A stretch of DNA of 64,000 nucleotides, taken from NCBI RefSeq assembly GCF_009914755.1, contig NC_060942.1. One strand, 5' to 3'. The position numbers were made by a program, and so were the translations under genes. Position 1 is the stretch's first letter. Each line of letters starts with the position of its first letter. Source of the stretch: the human T2T-CHM13v2.0 reference genome, Homo sapiens. Below are positions 41,984 through 59,064 of the stretch, piece by piece. The notes under the pieces were generated by a model. The model saw only the letters and a program-made list of their open reading frames with translations, had not been told where the DNA came from and made no database searches.

Positions 41984-44900
41984 TGAGGACACGTTCATCA
42001 CTAATAATTTTTATATATTTTTTGTGTATCCTTTGACTCTGTTGAACTCAGTTATTGGTTTCAGGGCTTTTTTTTGGATAGATTATACTGATTTTTCAGA
42101 TATCAAAATAGCCTTGCATTTCTGGAATGAATCCCACTTGGTCAAGCTGCATATTTCTTTTTATATGTTTTGAATTATAATTGCTGCTATTTTGTTAAGG
42201 AGTTTTGCATCTATATGCATGTAGATATCCTTTTTTGTTCTGTTCTTGTTTGGTTTGAGATAGGTTGATACTCACTTTTTAAAGAATTGAGAAGTATTCC
42301 CTCCTTCAATTTTTCTGGAAGAGAGTGTGTATAATTGGTGTTAGTTTTTCTTTGGTAGAATTCTCCAATGAAACCATCTGGGCCTAGAGATTTCTTTTCT
42401 AGGGTTTAAAAAAATACCTGTTGGGCTGGTGGTGGGGGAATTGGCAGAGATCAAAATTTACCTTTGCTACTGGGCTTCTCTGACACCCACCATCTGGGTA
42501 GGGACGTTGGGACAGACAGCTCATTACAGTCTCAAGAGGGCTGAAGTCTTGGCTGCACCTCTACTTTGCACAGGTTGGGGTGGGGCCGTAGTGTTTTCTG
42601 TGGGATTTGGCTGGAGTAGACAGTGTTCCTTTAAAAGTTTTCTGTTTTCCTAGGCACTCGTTTCTTGGTGGTCGGCTACAGAGCACAGGCTTTTCTTGGG
42701 AATTTTTTTTTGTCTCTACCCATTGGCATTTTGGGTTGCTAGCTTCTTCAGCTCCAAATCTGGGATATATGAGGCGAAGAGAAACCCAGGGAACTGACTA
42801 CCCTGTCATTCCTAGGGTCTTGAGATCCCTAGCTAACCTTTCACTCCACCTTTCAGAGTCCTTTTATGTTTGTTTTATATATAATGTTCAGGGTTTTGAC
42901 TTGTACTTAATGGGAAGAATAGGGAAAGTTACTCTTATTCCATTTTCCTCAAAGTGGACGTTTTACTCCATGTTTAAAAAAGATCCTAATATACCTGTCC
43001 TGTCTTCAAGGAGAGATTGTGTAATTGCATTATTGTGCTCTGCCGGAGACTTTCAGACCCCAATCTCTGTTTTTGCAATTAGGCTTCCTGGGAGGGTCAC
43101 TTTCCATTTGACTTCCTGGGATTTCTGTTGTCTCTGAATGGAAGACATTTTCTCCACCCAGTGTAAACTTCCTTTCTTAGCCCCGTCTTTAAAAGCAGTT
43201 AGGAGTGAGAATTGCGTCTTTTACCTTTCACATCTGGTGGGCTGAGCCTCTTTTAAGACCTTAAGAACGTACTTTTCTTGATTTAGCTCAGTCACTATCC
43301 CCTTTTTTATCTTTCTTTTTATATTTTATTTTTCCCTTGTTATCATTTTCTATTTTGACCTCTGTTTATGTTTTGAACAGAGCCTGTCTCAGTTTCCCCA
43401 GGGTGCTTCTCTGCACCCAGCAGAGGGTCTGTCTGCCTGTGAGCACCAGCTGGGGCTGTTCCTCCCACGCCTCTCACCACCTCCCCTTACGCATGCCTTT
43501 AGCCTTCTGAGACTGCCAGTATGCCATGGGTTAAAGGAAGGTTTGGGTGGCATTTGGTGCATTCTCTCTGCCAGTTGCTGCTGCCCCTCCAAGTGTTCTG
43601 TAGACAATCTATGCAGAAGTAACAATTGCCAGAGAGACTCAGAAGCACCACTTCCTTATGAACTGGTCTATGCTCAGTGACCCCCAAGAGCAGGTCTCTG
43701 GTAAGAGCTGTGTTGGAATATATGGTTTTAGCTCGAGGCTCTCTGCCATACATTCCCAAAGCTGTCTTGGGATTTGATCACACTCTGGTACACGATCTGG
43801 GCCAGGAACCGAAAGCCTGCTAGGCTGAGGTTAGACTGCCTGCGTGCATCTGCTTACCCCTTGGAGGAGACAGTGGCAGAGGGAGAGAGCCTAGAGGACT
43901 GAGGACCTTGTGGGGATCACTACCTTCCAGGGAGCATGGAATCAAGCAGTAAATAAAAACAGTTCTGAGCAGTTGACTCTTTAGCCATTAAATCTGCCCC
44001 AGTTAGGGGTTTGTATTCTGATCTATCTGCTTAATAATCTCTGCTTTGGGTTACGTTGAGAAAAGGGAGTGGGCAAGAGACCAGAGGAGCTTTCCTTTTC
44101 TCCATGAAGTATTTAAGAGCTGAGGACTGTCGTTTGAATAATTGATATTTTAATGTGTTGGGATGTCATTGCTTCACCTCCTCTTAAAACCATGTCTAAA
44201 TTTAACCAACTACAGACTGGAAATGCTTTCTGTAACCCCTTAATTTTAAAAACCTGTTTTCTTCTTGTGGCATTTATATCAGCTGTAGAATCACAGAATG
44301 CTATAGGTCTTTTGGCCAGCCCTTTTATTTTACAATTGAAAAAACAAATGCCCAATTGGTGGCAGAGCTGGGACTCAAGGCAAAATTTCTGTATTGCTGG
44401 TTCATTCTTTCTGCTTCTCTAAGATGTTGAAGCATAGGCTCTTACAGCCGGAGGGACCTTAGGAATCACATAAGGATGGATTCTTGGGGTTACTTCCGAG
44501 TCACCTTCAAGAGTGTGGATAAAGGTGACATTTGCAGTGGTCCTCATTTTTGGGGATTGCTGGTTCACTTTAGTTTCAGGAACTTTCTGGGCATCGTTAA
44601 TACAACATACTAACTGTATTCTCGTGAGCAGCCTCTGCTGGTTCTCATTTCTAGATCCCGCTCTGCTCAGACAGCTTCCTCTGGAAACCAGGGAGCTCAT
44701 CTGAATTCCTCCCCTCCGCCGTCTCCCAAAATACCCTTATTAGCTGAAGACTTGTGACCCTTGGCTTTTGGTCCTGCTCTTCTAAGTGTTTAATTTAAAT
44801 TTTGGTCAAGACTAGTCCTGTCCTAGTTTATATTTTAGTGTTACCAACCTTCAGTTTACCCGTATTCTTCAGTAATAAGCATGTAAGTAGATGATATGTG

Positions 44901-45591
44901 TTGGCCATATAGCTTTCTGTAAATTTGTTCATTTAACTGTCAACTCTTATTAGGGATTTTTTTGCGTAGCAGAATGATTTGAGGACAAAACCAGCACAAC
45001 CAACTAGCTCTGTGAGCAAAAGGCATATAAAGCCATTTCTGCTGTATTTGCTTGGTATGACTTCCATTTAAGTGAGATCTGAAATGAAATGCTTTCTTTG
45101 TGTTCTCAGTGTGAAATTGGACAAAAGTGAAAGCCACAAAACAAACTGGTATACTTTATTATTTTTGTATAATTATACTTTAGGCAGAAGATTGTGGAAC
45201 TTCTTTTAATGAGGTGAGAGTAATTTGCTTAGCATCTGGGCTGACTGTTAAGCTGGTATTGTTTCTGCCTTTAGCTCCAATGTTTCATGTTGGTGTAGGC
45301 TTTTGGTCTGTTTGAAATTTAAACATAAATATACAGCCATACGTTTCTCTAGCCTCTCTCACTCTCATGTACCTCTCCCAGGCTACTTTTCTGCCTAAAA
45401 TATGAGCAAAAACACGTAGAATTATTTTTCTTATTACTCAGCTAATTCCTCATCTATAGAAAGAGGATGTCAAGCTTGAACACTCTCTGATTCCTTAACT
45501 GGCCAGAATGTACCTGGTTCCCCCTTCCCTGTAGCCTGCATTTGCATGCTATTGATCAATTTCAGTGACAGGATTGGATAGAAAAGGCTCA

Positions 45592-46209
<618 letters not shown>

Positions 46210-46908
46210 TAATTGCAAAGCGTGGAATGTGGGTACTTTTCGGCTTTATTTTCCTATAGCTTTCTAGTATTACCTATTGAAAAGTAATGTTTACTTTAAA
46301 AAGTAACAGTTTAACCGAGCAAATAAGGCTGCCCTAGAATAGAAATTAACTTTATTACCTAAGTACCGAAAACATTTATCCATTTTTAGATGACATAAGT
46401 AAAATGTCAAGACACACATAAAACCACTTAGGTGCCCTTTATTATGCTTTTTTCTATTGAAAAGGCAGTTACTGTCACATTAAACTGCTTTATCCTCTAC
46501 TAAGTAGCTTCAGCTTGTGTAGTAGAGTGTTAGAATTTTAAGATATATTTTAATTTACTTGATTAAAAAAAGTAAGGAAAGTCAGTCATTACAGGCCACA
46601 AAGAGATCCTTGTGTGCCCTCATGCTCAAATACATCCCCCAAACCCAGAGGATGTTCATTATTTTCATGAATTCAAAGCATTAGAAAAGCTAATGGAAGA
46701 TACTCCTTTGTGCTGTGAAAATGCATCACCACTATCATGGGAAACAGGGGATGACAAGTTTTCTGTAACAGGAACAGTGAATACAACTTGAGGGAGTACA
46801 GCTAAGCAAATGATGTCATGTGAGTTTAAAACTATTGATACCATGCAAGCATCAAGGAGGAGGATGTCTCCAACCAAAACAGCGTGTTTTTTTTCTCAGA
46901 ATGGAATG

Positions 46909-47225
46909 GAGCCAGCACGGTGGCTCACACCTGTAGTCCCAGCACTTTGAGAGGCCAAGGCAGGAGGATGGCTTGAGGCCAGGAGTTTGAGAGCAGCCTT
47001 GACAATATGGTGAGACCCTGTCTGTACAAAAAAAAAAAAGAACATTGGCTGAGTGTGGTGGCGTGTGCCTGTGGTCTCAGTTATTGGGGAGGCTGAGGAG
47101 TGAGGATTGCTTGAGGCCAGGAGGTGGAGTCTGCAGTGAGCTGTGATCACGCCACTGTACTCCAGCCTGGGCAACAAAGTGAGACACTATCTCAAAACAA
47201 CAACAATAATAAAAAACCCAAACCA
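46909..47225 (+). mobile_element. Alu (AluJ-like)
   Basis: Dimer with (CAA)n/A tail. Confidence 0.87.
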
Positions 47226-47859
47226 AATGGAGTCAAGGAGTAGAGGAGGCAGGTGAATAAAGATAGAAATGTGGGAGTAACTAAGTGTCTGTACGTGGAT
47301 ATGCATGCATCTACAGAAACTAAAGGCAAGGTCTCTAGTGTCCAGCGTGATTCCCCAGTGACCATTTTCTCCCACTTCAGGAATTGCAAAGTATGAAAGC
47401 ATTTTGATTTGAGGCTGTAGTCCCTATGCCTCCCTCTTTCTCCTTGTGCTTCTGTATCGAAAGTGGGTGAGGAGCCTCAGCTGATGGGAACGAGTGAGTG
47501 CAGAGTCCTACAGTTGGGGTGGGGAGACATGATGATGATACATTCCAATGAATTTAAGTAATTCCTTGTGCATCTTATATGTATTGTGAAGGATAACCAT
47601 TTGTAGTATATCTTGATGAAAATGTGCAAATTTTTTTCAGGAACACTGTCTGCTTTTTAGATTTTCTTTCCATTTTCTACCGTTCTAAAGTAGTGCAATC
47701 ACATTACTTTAGATAAAAGAGAAGCAGCAGGGGAGGGGACTCACCTCTACTCTGACATGCCGTGGTCATTGTTGGCATTCAGGTATATTTGCTAATGGTT
47801 TTCCCTGTGTGTTTTTGTTTATTCATTCATTATATCCCCACCCCACTCCTCGATTCCAG

Positions 47860-48020
47860 TTCAAATCCTGGTTCTTCCACTTAATAGGTATGGAGCCTTG
47901 GGCGAGTTTCTTAACTTTACTGAGCCTTCGTTTCCTTATCTGTAAAGTGGAGATGTTATCTGCTTCATAGGTTATGAGAATTAAATGAGATGATGTACTT
48001 CAATTTACTTAATGTATTTA
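47860..48020 (+). mobile_element. MIR
   Basis: gttcaaatcctgg..ccttgggcgagtttcttaac..tttccttatctgtaaagtggagat. Confidence 0.7.
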
Positions 48021-48082
48021 AAATACCTAGCTTACCATTTGACTCATGGTAGGATGGGACCAATCTATATATTTTAATATAA

Positions 48083-48166
48083 TATGTATATACACACACA
48101 TGCATGTACGTGTGTATGTATATATGTATGTATGTATATAAATGTGTGTGTGTATATATATATATA
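48083..48166. repeat. Compound (TA)/(CA)/(TG) microsatellite
   Basis: Alternating purine-pyrimidine tract. Confidence 0.85.
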
Positions 48167-49686
48167 AATGTTTTTTGACTTCTTTTAGTATAGAAAATGC
48201 TAACTTTATTCCCAAGTAAGTGCAAGACATTTTAAGATGCCTGTGGAAGTTCAGACATCATAATTCCCTGCCTGGGACTGTGTGAAGGTAGATAGAAGAC
48301 TTTAGTTCACAGAAACAAATGGTTACCTGTGGTAATGTAGATGTTAACAGGATCTGTTATTAATGAATCTGTTGACTGGTTTTCCTTGCTGTGGCTTGTT
48401 CTAACCTTTGAAATATGTGTTATGAGAAAAGGGGTGCTATTTTTTTAATGATGCTAACTTCATTAAAGCTACCTGTAATGTTCTTATTTTGTGATTATAA
48501 TAAACATTTTTTGGGATAAAATTTGTATTTTAGTCCTTTCAGGAGAAAATCAAGAAAGAATTTTCAAGTGAGTTTCCTATTTTTCTTAGTCTAAGTCACT
48601 CGGAAGTTTAAACCTTAATTTTTGGGCGTGCTTCAAAAACAAGAAGAATAAAAAAAGTCTTTTTAAAATTTCTTAACTGTTGTCAATATAAACAAATGCT
48701 TTAAATCTTAGCAAGAATCTATATTTTGAGACTTTCTTTGGCTTTAATACAAATTGTACATTTTAGAAGATGGTAGATAATTTGTGTTTGCACGAATGTC
48801 TGAAAGTATTTAAACACAGTTTATGTCATATGCTATGTGAGGTTTATTTTTGGGGTGGAAGTAATAAGTCCTCAGTTTATGTTTACTTTAAGTTTTTTTG
48901 GTTTTGTGTTTTTAAAAATATACCATGTTTAGTGCCTATATCTTAAGAGGATGAAAAACAGTGTTTTGGGTTTTCCTGGATAGTTACTGATATAGAGCCT
49001 TTTCCAAAGAGGATTTCACCCTTAATTTTATTTTATACATAATCAGATTTTAAGCTCTATAAAATTTTAATTTAATGTCTAAATTTGTATACTTGAACTT
49101 GAGTTCCTTGGTTTTAATTATAAATTATATCATGGCCAGATCATCCATTTAAAGGCCAATTTTAGTGCAAAAAGAACAAATAATTGCTGTAGCCATTCTT
49201 TTGCACTCCTGTATTTCAGATTTCAAATAACTGGTTGGTGAACAATTGGATTAGCTTCTAATTAATTTTTATTATTTTGGAGAAAGCTTTTTATGAATTG
49301 TGAGGACTGTGACTACTGTCAAGATGTGTATGCCTATAAACTTGTTACTATATATTAAAGTCTTTTGCTCACATAAATTTGTAAGAATACCTCTTTGCCC
49401 TAAGCAAAATGCAAAAGTAATGGAATTGGAACTCTGCTGAAACAGGTGTTTTTAGCTCATACTTTGAGACGAGCCTGACTAGATAGCACATACTGTGATT
49501 TTACAGGATAGAGAATTGTACGCTGGACATGTAACTTTCAAGTTGGCTTTTCCCTTGGGCTTAGAATCAATTACTGTAGTGTTTGAAATGAAGGATGTAT
49601 AATTATCTGGAGGTTTAACCAAGGTTCTTTGCATATTAGAAAGTACTTAGTAGGACCAACCCTGTTTCCCCCTTTGGTTTGTTTAG

Positions 49687-49868
49687 AAGACTTGCACTAT
49701 CTGCCAGATGCTGCTTCCTAACCAGTGCAGTTATGCATCACACCAGAGAATCCATCAGCACAAATCTCCCTACACCTGCCCTGAGTGTGGGGCCATCTGC
49801 AGGTCGGTGCACTTCCAGACCCACGTCACCAAGAACTGTCTGCACTACACGAGGAGAGTTGGTTTTCG
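49687..49868 (+). CDS. ZNF532: ZNF532 coding exon, 182 nt ([23 protein letters not shown]...CPECG...VGFR)
   Basis: Acceptor ttggtttgtttAG at 49685-86; in frame with the previous exon; donor TCG|gtcagtat; phase 0 to 2. Confidence 0.95.
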
Positions 49869-50334
49869 GTCAGTATATCATTCACTTATGTGCAAGTAAA
49901 ACTCGTTCACTTACAACCGCACAGCATTTTGAGTGGTTTGCACACACAGTTTTCTGGGTCATACGGTGATACCTCGATTAACAGATCCTCTGGGAACCTA
50001 GCTCGTTTGTAGAGTCCATCTGTTTGAATCCTCTTAATGTAATATTGGCCCTGCTGGTCCGCACAAAGTGGAGGGTCATGGGGCCTGTCCTTTTAGGCAC
50101 ACTCTTGCATGTGTGCAGGTGTGGCTTTGACTGTCAGCTTTGACTGTACCCTTTGTAGCAGACTTTTGTTATCATACTCTTTGCATTTTAACCCCTGCAA
50201 GAAAACTATACATTCCGCACCTCTTAATATTTCCCCTTCTCTAATGAAAACAGAAATAGTGCGATGGTCTTTTACTTTTATTTGGTCCACATTGAAAGAT
50301 GGGGTGTATGTTCCAGCCTTGCACTCCAAATAAC

Positions 50335-50806
50335 CTTCTCCTCCTCCCCACTCCTCCTCCTCCCCACTCCTCCTCCTCCCCACTCCTCCTCCTCCCCACT
50401 CCTCCTCCTCCCCACTCCTCCTCCTCCCCACTCCTCCTCCTCCCCACTCCTCCTCCTCCCCTTTCCTCCTCCTCCCCTCTCCTCCTCCTCCCCTCTCCTT
50501 CTCCTCCCCTCTCCTTCTCTCCCTCCTCCCTTTCTCCTCCTCCCTCTCCCCCTCCCTTCTCTCCCCTTCTCCTTCCCTCTCCCTCCTCCCCCTTACTCCT
50601 CCTCCCTTCCTCCTCCCTCTCCCTCCTCTCCCCTCTCCCTCCTCTCCCTCTCCCTCCTCTCCCCTCTCCCTCCTCTCCCCTCTCCCTCCTCCCCCCTCTC
50701 CCTCCTCCCCCACTCCTCCTCCCTCTCCCCTTCTCCCTCCTCCCCATTTCCTCCTTCTCCCTTCTCCCCCCTCTTCCCCCCTTCCTCCTCCTCCCTCTCC
50801 CCCTTC
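50335..50806. repeat. C/T-rich tract: about 8 copies of the 16-mer CCCCACTCCTCCTCCT, then degenerate CCT/CCCT repeats
   Basis: A residues at 50350, 366, 382, 398, 414, 430 and 446 (period 16); almost no purines afterwards. Confidence 0.95.
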
Positions 50807-53800
50807 GAGTTCTCTCATTCCTCCCTTGTCTCTTCTGCATATCTTCACTGTAGTCCCTTTTACTGTCCCTCAGGATTCTCAGATGTGCATTGTACAACAT
50901 CTGGCAAATCTAATGTTAGCTAGTGTTGAATGATTATATATATGAACTTTTCTCTCCATCTTATGACCTTCCTGTGCCTTTTATATTTTCACTAAGAAGA
51001 TTCCACCAAGGAAAACATGTCACTGATACACAGTGTCTTTGTTAATAGAGGTATTACTGTATTATATGTTTATCTTAACATTAAGTATTTGCTTACCTGG
51101 TAACTTTGTTAGATTGTTAATATGCAGTGATTTTTTTTTTCACCTGTAATAAATTATGTTGAATAAAAATGAAGTCCAGTTGGCATGATTTGATGGTTTT
51201 ATTTAAGTTTAGGTTCTGGTATCATCAGTTCCTAGGTGGTTCTGCCCAGTTTTGCATTAAACAACACTAAGCTATGAGACTTAACTTCACATTTTATCTC
51301 ATGCCTCCAAACTTGTAATGCACAAATGTTTTATGGATTGAGATCTAGCCTGGTGGAAACCTTTGGCTTGGAAATCAAGAAACCAGTTTTCTTGTACGAC
51401 TTCTGCCAGTAACTAATTATGTGGTAATTCACGTATTCTTTCTGTGCCATGGTGCCTCTGTCAGTAAAATTGGTGCATTGTCTGCCTCCAGCTCCACTGG
51501 GATGTTACTGAGCAAAACAGGATAATCAAAGGTGCCCCAGATCTGCAAAGTCCATGCAGAATAATACTTTCGTTCTTGCCATCACGTTTTGAAACTATTA
51601 TTAATGGATTATGTGTTTAATAATAGAAAGCAGCTCTGCAGCACTTCCCAAGTGCTCTTCTTTGCACTAATGTCAAATTTTTCTCAAATGTTTAGTTTTT
51701 CTAATAGAATGAAAGTTGATATGATTAAAGGAAATATGACTTCTTCAATTTTAGCTATTGCTGATATCTTTCCTAAATTAAAACAGAAGCTCCACATGCA
51801 GGCTGAAAGTAATCAACTCACTTGGGAAAAGACCATCCTTGCTCTTCTGTTCTTTTGCCCTACTCACAGAGTTGTTCAAATTCGGTATTTCAAATTGTAG
51901 ATTTCAAGTTGTTAACCAAAAATTTTGTGTTAAGTGTAGATTTTTTTCTCCCTGGACTTGAGGCTATATGGGGCTGGTAAACAACGATGTGTTGTGAAGT
52001 TTAGTTCATGTTGACTGCTCCTTTAGAAGAGAGGAGCAATTTTAAACGTAATTCTTTTCCTCTGCTGCTTCATATGAGGGTCCAGGTTCATGTTTAAGTG
52101 GGGCTTAGTAGCCCCGTGGCCTTGTCATGTTTTTTGCTCCCTTTGGCTCTATAGTTACTCATTTTCAATGTGTCTTTTCTTTAGCCAGATGAGTCTAATG
52201 TAGCAGCATGGTTCCCACGCCTTACTTTGTCTCGTCTTGGTGCAGTGTGCCTTGCTGTCTCTCCTCTTGCTCATATTACATCTCCCAAATACTGATGGGT
52301 CATCCCTGGCTCCTGGTTAACTTGGTAAAAGTTATATATTGATAAAAGTCAAATATTTTTTCTGAATTTTCCTGCCTCTTGATACACTGGACTGTATATC
52401 TAGAAAGGGGAATGGTTATAGGATTTTATACTGTAAATATTTTTTTTAATTCAAAAAATAAAGAAACTTTATTGCTATCCAGAATAGGACTTCAGGATAT
52501 TACGTATTTCTTAGTAGACAGGATTTTTCATAGCATTAAGATACTGCATGAGCCGTTTGAAGTCTGCCTTTCTTTGTCTTATTTACATCCCCCATTGGCC
52601 TCTGTTGCCCCCTGAAATGCCTCTTCTTCCTGTAAGCAGATGTTTTATGACTTTTTAAAATACCCTGCTTTCGTTTCTTACATTAAGGAGGGTTTCCCTT
52701 GGTCTCCATGGTGTTCTCTGGATTGAGTCATAGCCACTTCCTCTTGCTTCAAAAAATTCCATCTTTATTTTAGATACTTCCTTTTTATTTGCTGTACATT
52801 AAACCTTCCTCTCACTCCAAGTGACTTTAGGTAATTATTGCTTTTCTCTGTATTCCTTTTTGTCCTTCCTGGTTCTTTTGCTCTTTAAACACCATCTTTC
52901 TATCCTTCATGGGAAAATCTTCTGTTTATAGTTTATGGTGTGGTAGGTCCTTCAGTTTCATTAATTACCCATCTACTTTTGTTTTACATAATCTTCCTCT
53001 TTCATGGGAGTTGTAGGCTTCTAGGTTTGGGAAGAGCTAAAAATGATCTATTTTAATTCTTCTCATTTTACAAATGAGTAACTGGCCCAGAGAGGAGCAT
53101 TAACCTGTTCAAGACAACTCAGTAAGTTAACCCAAAATAGTTTCAATATGCTTAGGTGGCTCTATTGCCTGAAATACCAGTTCAAGTAGATAGGCTAGAG
53201 AGGCTGTCCTTTTATTCTCTATTGTTATTTAGTGTTTAAACATAGCTGTTGCTGAACATAATGCCTTCAGTCACTGGAAATGCTAATGCGTTAGTTATGA
53301 TTTTAACAGAATGCTTGCAAAGCTTAAATAGAATGCATACAATCCAGAACATGCCACTCCTGTGTAACTTCGGAAGCATCTCCATGATTCAGAAGGGAGG
53401 TTCTAAGAATAGAAGCATCTTAGATTGTCATAGAAGTCTTTGGACACTGCCCCCCGGAAACCAGGCCCTGTCTGCAGTCTTCCTTCCCTGGGTAGCTCAC
53501 ATCTGGGAGCACATATGTTCAGTTGTATTAGAGGTAAATTTCTGGAGACTTTTGTACCTGCAGAGAGACCACTCTTAAATAGTTTTCAGGTGTGAACAAG
53601 GAAGACTTGGTCATCAAGTGGAGGTGTAAGTGTTGCTTAGAGTCTTTGTGTGAAAAAGATGAGATAGAGGAGAAATGTATCTTAGATTTAAAGTTTGTCT
53701 TTGTTGGATTATATTTGAGCAGGGAATGAGCTAATTGTGAGATTACTAGAAATTCATAAAGTAAGGAGGTTAGCTAGACAATTTTTTTTAGAGATGCTGA

Positions 53801-54030
53801 ATTTTCAGAGGTTTGTAATTCATGCAATTTCTTAAACAAATGCAAGTGTACTTAAATTTATTTTCTAGGAGACAAAACACCTAGGTGGTTGACCTTCTCT
53901 ATCCTGTGGACCACCATGAACCCCACATACATTGACCACATCAGTGTGTACCAGGAAACAGTGGGCCGAGGCCTTGGAGCCAGAACTTCTTTGTTCCTCT
54001 CTGCCCCTCTGTTCTTGGCATGCAGGTTTA

Positions 54031-54633
<603 letters not shown>

Positions 54634-54732
54634 CTAAAAGGGCTATGAAAGTGTGTTCATCTCACCCAGTTTTTGCAGTTACACGTGTGTTATGGTCTTG
54701 TGCTAATGACCGTGTGTTTATTTTTCTAACAG

Positions 54733-54909
54733 ATGTGTGCATTGCAATGTTGTGTACTCTGATGTGGCTGCTCTGAAGTCTCACATTCAAGGTTCTCACT
54801 GTGAAGTCTTCTACAAGTGTCCTATTTGTCCAATGGCGTTTAAGTCTGCCCCAAGCACACATTCCCACGCCTACACACAGCATCCTGGCATCAAGATAGG
54901 AGAACCAAA
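54733..54909 (+). CDS. ZNF532: ZNF532 coding exon, 177 nt, two C2H2 fingers (CVHC..H..H, CPIC..H..H)
   Basis: Acceptor tttttctaacAG at 54731-32; donor AAA|gtaagt; phase 2 to 2; CG+A completes Arg. Confidence 0.95.
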
Positions 54910-55182
54910 GTAAGTCATACCGACTTTCAAGTTTTACTCCACTGCTTTATTAGCAATTTAGAAGCAAGGTAGTAGTCGTTCTATTGAATAACATTTACCA
55001 AGATCTGAAAAATTATGCAGCTATGCCAATTTTGATGCTTTATGAAATACAGCTCATAGCTCATCCAAATCTTTCTGTTCTTTCCAGGTAAAGACCTTGT
55101 CCAAAAACGTTACCTATTATTTATGCTCTTGTCACGAATTTTTGCTCAACAAGTAAATATTTATATTTTTTTCTTAAGATGA

Positions 55183-55480
<298 letters not shown>

Positions 55481-56205
55481 TCTTAAGATGATTTTTGACA
55501 ACTCCTAGGAAAACTATTTTTTAGAAACCCTGTCATCTTTAAATTTTTCCATAGTTCCTTTTTTATAGGGTACACTTTTGCTTAAAAAGTAATATTTTTA
55601 AGATGAAGGCAACTTAAGACACTGGTTACTGAATTTAACTTCATAGCCAGTATAAGTCCCTGATTAGTAAATTTTTTTTTGCCTTAATCTTGCTCTTAAT
55701 TTGATTGATTTTTGCTTTGTGGAGTCTTTAATAATGAAGCGGTTCTTTAGCAAAAAGGGGCTGCCTGCCTGCAGTAGGGGCAGCTTAACAAAGAGGAGGG
55801 AGTGTGGGCACTGGAGCCGGTCGGAATCCTGCCACCCACCGGCTGGGTGACCTGGGACCTGCACTGTCTCAGCGGCCATCTTCTCCCCCATGAAGTGAGG
55901 GTCCTGCTTAAGTGAGGATGAGATGAGATGATGTATTTAAAATGTGTAGCACAACAGTGCCTGTGTCTGGAGCATGGAGGGCTCTGTCAGCATTAGTTCC
56001 TTCCTGTGTGTCTTCGCTCCCTCCTTGTGCACACAGCACTGGATTAATGCTCCTGGTTGTGCTCCTTTTATTCCTGGATTAGTTATCGCAACATAGAGTT
56101 TGATCATTACAAGAAGCTAGATTTGCTGTCCAAATCTGTTGCTGTGTTTTTGCCCATAACTCCATAATTAAGGAAGTATTAGGGGGAAGATACACAGCTA
56201 TGCCA

Positions 56206-56211
<6 letters not shown>

Positions 56212-56287
<76 letters not shown>
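56212..56287. repeat. (AC)n(CT)n compound microsatellite
   Basis: Direct reading. Confidence 0.95.
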
Positions 56288-56764
56288 CTGGCTTTTGTTG
56301 AAACATTTAGTTTTGGGGAAATGTGATTGAATACTACAGAAGTGACTGTTTTATCAAAAAAAAAAACATGTTGAAGTTAAATTTTATTTTAGTAGGACCT
56401 TCATTCTGATCTTTGTAGGTTGATCCCAAAATGAAACACATTACAAATTAAGGAATCCATACATGTCTTGATGTCTTGACTCTGAAGATGGGGATTAGTG
56501 AATTTTAGTGTCTTCAGTTTTCAGGACTGTTAGACTTGTGGGTACTAATGTAGCCTTTCCCCCTGGGATGAATACAGTTTTTATTTGGTTCTTTATTAAA
56601 ATAAATAAAATTTGATTGTCAGAAATGTGTGTGACATCTGGAACAGTAGTTGTTACCTCAGAATGTAAGGAAGCAAATGATTAAAATAGGCTAAAACAGT
56701 TTTCTTCAAATTTGGGTATTGTATAGAAAACAATTATTCCAGTGGTTTCTTTTCTCTCTCTCTC

Positions 56765-57747
<983 letters not shown>

Positions 57748-58445
57748 TTATAAAAATGAAACAAATTTGTAGAAGAAGTGGTTAACAAAACTCCAAAGCC
57801 AGTGAAAGATAAGTTAATCGCATGGATTCAGTGTGAGGGCTGGTCTGGCTGCCTGGAGCCCTCACCCGCAGCCTGACTGTGGCAATGACGGCTGCTGCAC
57901 CAGCTCTGTTGGGCCCAGTAGGCCTGTACTGCAGTGTTCCCGGAGATAACCCTCCCTCACCCCCTTTTCCAATTAAAACTAAGGTAAAAGCTTTCATCCT
58001 GTGGCTGTTTGGCCTACATTTGACCCAAAGGTTTCTTTTGGCATTAAATCCATCTCTATTCTGTTTACATAAGTCCAAAATGACTAAATAGTCCCAGCTC
58101 AGGCAGTGAAATTCCCCAGCAGTATTTGTTTAACAGGTGGTTATACAAATAACATAAATGTATGCAAATGATTTGCATTACTTTTTTAAATGATCAGTGT
58201 TAAAATAACCTCTCACCCGTTTTTCTTAGAGAACATATGGATGTATGAAAAAATACCCAGCATCCCAGTTCAAAAAGCATGGCACACGATTGTTGTTTAA
58301 TTTACTGCATTTACTCTGTGCTGGGTACTGTTGTAAGCACTTTGTTTCTTGTTTTCCAGTGTGTGGGCAGGCATAGTACCCTGCTGTTTAAAAGGAAACT
58401 CTGAGTACCCCTTAATCTTTTCTGGATAATTTGAGATCATTTTGA

Positions 58446-59064
<619 letters not shown>

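Noticed and set aside
43412-43431. CTCF-like sequence ccagcagagggtc (weaker ones near 14473 and 38452)
   Set aside because: Only partial consensus matches; cannot be supported without a PWM scan or ChIP data
50335-50461. Regular 16-bp repeats as a CRISPR-like array
   Set aside because: Head-to-tail units with no spacers, no cas genes, mammalian context
50093-50923. Four long G/E/R- or P/S/L-rich ORFs
   Set aside because: Stop-free artefacts of the C/T tract
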